Under the pieces are notes generated by a model. That model saw only the letters and a list, made by a program, of their open reading frames with translations, did no database searches and was not told the origin of the DNA. Below are positions 60,501 to 64,000 of a stretch of 64,000 nt of DNA, one piece after another. Positions within the stretch are counted from its first letter, which is position 1. Each line of letters starts with the position of its first letter. The stretch is taken from positions 1,903,419 through 1,967,418 of the forward strand of contig NW_003314275.1 of assembly GCF_000143415.4 (NCBI RefSeq), read 5' to 3'. The DNA is from Selaginella moellendorffii. Its lineage: Eukaryota; Plantae; Lycopodiophyta. A program made the translations under genes and the position numbers.

Positions 60501-63168
60501 CATGGAAATGTCTTACAATGGATTTCATCACGGGACTCCCCCCAAGTGAGGGGTTTGATGCGATATTCGTGGTGGTGGACCAATTTTTGAAAATGGCACA
60601 TTTCATACCCACCACAATGAAGGTGGATGCGGAAGGTGTGGCGAAGCTGTTCTTTAAATAAGTGGTTCAAGTGCGGGGAAGGTCAAAAGAGATTATCTCA
60701 GATCGAGATAAGATCTTCACCAATAGGTACTGGAGAACTCTCCTAGAGCAGTATTGCACCAAGTTGAAATTCAGCACAGCCTATCACCCACAGACAGGTA
60801 TTGGGTATTAAATCAAGTTTGATGGCACTAACACTTCTTGACAGACAGACAAACGGAAAGGGTGAATAGGCAGCTGGAGGATTATTTGCAATGCTATGTC
60901 TCCAAAGACCAAACTGATTGGGTAAGTCATTTGGGACTTGTGGAAATGTGCTATAACAACTCACCACACTCGAGTATTGGGGTGAGTCCATGGGAAGTCA
61001 TCAATGGGCGAGCTATTAAAGGTCCTGTGGAACTCGGCGTGGCCAAGTATCATAGAAGGCTACCTGCAATGGAGGCATTCACGGTGGAAAGACTTAATAT
61101 TTGGAATCTAGTGAGGGATTCCTTGGAATGGGCTTAACAAAGGCAAACCAAGTATGCAAACTAGAAGCACCGAGACGTAGAGTTCTAGCCTGGGGAGAAG
61201 GTGTGGCTAAACACCAAGAACCTAAAGCTACCAAATGGGATCAACCAAAAGCTGACCCAAAGGTAAAATGCATGTATTTCTGGAAAGGAACTGATCCTAA
61301 GTTCCTTGAGCAGGTTCGTGGGGCCTTACGAGATTGAGGCACAAATTGGTAGGGTGGCTTACTGCCTCCGACTACCTCGAGAGATGAGGAAGATGCACCC
61401 TGTGTTTCATGTGAACTTACTTAAGCCGTATTTTGAGGATTTTCTTCGCAAGGACTAAGTAAGGCCTTTACCTGAGGTTATCTAAGGGGAAGAGGAATAC
61501 GAAGTCGAGGCCATCCTCAATGCGCACAAAAGCAAGTGACAAGGGCATGAGGTGAAGGAGTTCCATGTGAAGTGGAAAGGATTTCCACACTACAAAGTAA
61601 CATGAGAACCGGAGAAGAACTTAGCGAATGCGTGGGATTTAGTGGAGGAATTTTTGCAAGGTAGAACTTTATGTACTTATGCAAAATTCAATTAAAGAAT
61701 CTATTTTGAGAAATGAAGCAATGTCATATGTTGGGACCCAAAGGCATGCCAGAGGTAAGTTAATTAGCATGGGTTAGCTATGTTGACTAGGCATAGGAAA
61801 CTACACCCAACTCCCTACAAAGATGTCAAATCCGTAGACATATTCTACAGAGGTTGGGTTCGAGTCCCGACCCTCTAGTAAAGCAAGGCTAGGTTCAAGT
61901 CCCAACCCCATACTAGGGCGTGGTGAAGGGAGGGGTACAGAGACACCTATATTCCATTGTCATGGGCTCTTGGCCAAGGAGGCTAATGTAGGCACACCGC
62001 TAAGTGGGGAGATGCCCCCAGAAACATGGTCAACAAGTCGTAAGATTAAAAAGAGGCATTTGATGTGGGTATCGAACTTCTTCTATAGGTGGTGGAGTTG
62101 TAAGGAACCAACTCCCTAAGGTGTCGAAGGCTAAAGGATCCTTGAAGGCATGACCAAAATGATAAAAAGTTCATCAGATGAGACCGAGTTCAAGATTGAG
62201 TCCGAGACCAACTTCGAGACCGAGTTCGAGACCGAGTCCAAGACCGAGTTCGAGACCGAGTTCGAGATCTGATATCGAATTTGAGACCAAGTTCGAGATC
62301 CAGTCTGAGGTTGGGTCCAAGATCGAATCCGAGACCGAGTCTGAAGTCGAGTCCAAGATCGAGTCCAAGACCGAGTCCAAATACTAATACAGGTCATGGG
62401 TGAAAGCTCAAAGCGTGTGTCTCCCAGGGGGGGCTGTAGGGGGTTCCAAAAGTATAGTAGGGATAGTGAGGTCTAGGAACCAGTCTTGAAGGAACTCTTC
62501 AGTGGTGCTTCCAAACTGACTTGAGGTTGAGACTGGGGCCGAGGGGCCTTGGGTGGGAGTGAGCATAGACTCGGATGGTGCCAGAGGGGCCACCCAAGGA
62601 AATGCTCAAGAGTAACTCCCACTCCTGGAAAGGAAACCGACTGCAGTGCTCCCGGCTCATGTGGAGTGGTGCCCCACTTGAGTACCTTGCAACTCATTGG
62701 TCCTCGCCCTTCTTAGGGACTTGAGCCTTCCCTTTGGGATGGAAGTGGGGGAGTAGGGGTACCCATACCGGGCCGTTAGGCGATGGTGTTTTTCCCCGGT
62801 GTTCCGAAGCAAGTGTTGCACCCAAAGCTTGGGATTTAGAAGGTCCTATAATCAAATCTTGTTGTACCAAAGAATGTAAGGAACCTGGTGGCTTAGTGTA
62901 CTTGGTTGCTTGTGTCTGCAGGGAGTGTAGCCGAACCTTAAGTCCAGTTTAACCTGGGGAGGGGGATTGGGAGAGATTTGGGAATCCGTGGATGGATGGC
63001 TAACACTCCATTACTCGTGTAGTGAATAGTTGAAACCAAATAGGACCAAGTAAGAGTTGGTAGAATAGGTGGGAACCTTGGCGAAGGAACTTAGCTAAGG
63101 CCAAGGCAGTGTTAGTTAGATAGATGAGGTAAACTGGCAAATTGGAAAGGAAAAATTTGTGGCTTACA
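57576..63168 (+). mobile_element. Decayed chromovirus A2 (5'-truncated in gag; pol pseudogene with both introns; 3' LTR 62099-63168)
   Basis: Gag knuckle, RT (YIDD), RNase H, integrase and chromodomain remnants with many stops; PPT before 62099; LTR ends GGCTTACA. Confidence 0.9.
58369..58719 (+). mobile_element. 351-bp Cassandra-like solo LTR carrying a 5S rRNA-derived segment (58647-58702)
   Basis: TGTAAG...CTTACA termini and perfect TSD TCAGT. AGTTAAATGTCCTTGGG..TAGTACTGGGCTGGGTGACCTCCTGGGAAGTCC resembles the plant 5S internal control region (AGTTAAGCGTGCTTGGG..TAGTACTAGGATGGGTGACCTCCTGGGAAGTCC). Confidence 0.8.
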
Positions 63169-63683
63169 ATGGCAAGGACATCCTAGAGGATAATGGAACT
63201 TAGTGGTCGGGCTTGTGGGCCTTGTCCTAGTGGTAATGTTGGCGAACACAGCCATAGATAGAAAAGGGACTTAATAGGGACTATAAAAAGGATGTTGGGA
63301 AAGGTTTTTCTCCATGTTTATGGGCATCCTAAGGATGCTAAGGAGTGGATCTGGGATGATCACTCATGGATGGATGGCCTAGTCTTTGAAAGACAGGATT
63401 GTGATGCAGATGGTGTTGAATCACCGATATGACAAAGGTGAATAGGCATAGCTTTAGCATAACGGGCTAATATGTTAATGGTACCTTTGGGTGTCAATCA
63501 TGGGATCAGACACATGGAGCACTTAGACCAAGTGCAAAGGTTGAGTGGCATGGATGTCATTCTCAGGGCTAGCATGTCCCCAAATCTAGAATAAGACTTA
63601 TGGAGGTTGTGAGTGAGACTCCTCGAAGTGGTCAAAGATATGGTTAAGTGACTAAAGTAAAATGGAAAATTTAGTCGCTTACA
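63169..63683 (+). mobile_element. 3' part of a family-C LTR (probably the remainder of the C3 LTR into which A2 inserted)
   Basis: Matches about 27600-28120; ends TTAGTCGCTTACA. Confidence 0.75.
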
Positions 63684-64000
63684 CAATCCCTTATGTAATA
63701 CTTTTGCAATTTATGGCAACATTAGTGCAGACATAATGGAACATCTTTGATGGTGGATCCTATTGTATATGCCTCTCTAGTTTATATTAATGAACCTCAT
63801 ATATTTGTACAGTGTTGGCTTTGAAATCTATAGATAAGATGTCAAGTAATCCATTAAATCTTCAAGTGCATCTATAAATAAAAAACAGTTGAATTGCTAA
63901 AACCTCTAAAATCTAGAAATATTTGAATTCCTACAATGAGATATGTAAGAATTTACTCTAAACTTGAAATTATATATTTGTGTACTCTTTATTATCACTC

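Noticed and set aside
63684-64000. AT-rich terminal sequence
   Set aside because: No ORF, repeat or terminus recognisable within the window.

Overview
This is a plant transposon nest with no host genes. The plant call rests on TTTAGGG repeats, tRNA-iMet primer-binding sites and a 5S rRNA-like segment. The 38-57 bp introns suggest a compact-intron lineage such as a lycophyte (inference). Contents: (A) a Ty3/gypsy chromovirus family with one young intact copy (34733-42263, minus; 1148-bp LTRs, GCTTG TSD) and two decayed copies. (B) A second LTR family (one 3' end and one solo LTR). (C) A non-coding LARD-like LTR family nested repeatedly in itself. (D) A Cassandra-like solo LTR with 5S rRNA sequence. 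(E) Two inverted copies (10457-24009; 47785-57575) of a large DNA transposon with 24-bp TIRs and a 4-bp TSD. Two candidate novel systems stand out. First, the chromovirus has two conserved GT-AG introns inside integrase, so an intact DDE integrase plus chromodomain can only come from spliced RNA, yet the genomic copies keep the introns. Its 3' UTR holds a covarying RNA-structure module (GGAG-tetraloop hairpin plus twin tRNA-like T-loops) shared with the non-coding family C. Second, the DNA transposon encodes a Sola-like DDD transposase and a divergently oriented 9-exon gene of about 1620 codons (ParB-like + degenerate DNA-methyltransferase-like + NIF/HAD phosphatase). It is covered with about 25 copies of a 22-bp palindrome, suggesting a ParB/parS-like self-recognition or anti-silencing system. 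Domain calls are motif recognition by eye; no database searches were run.
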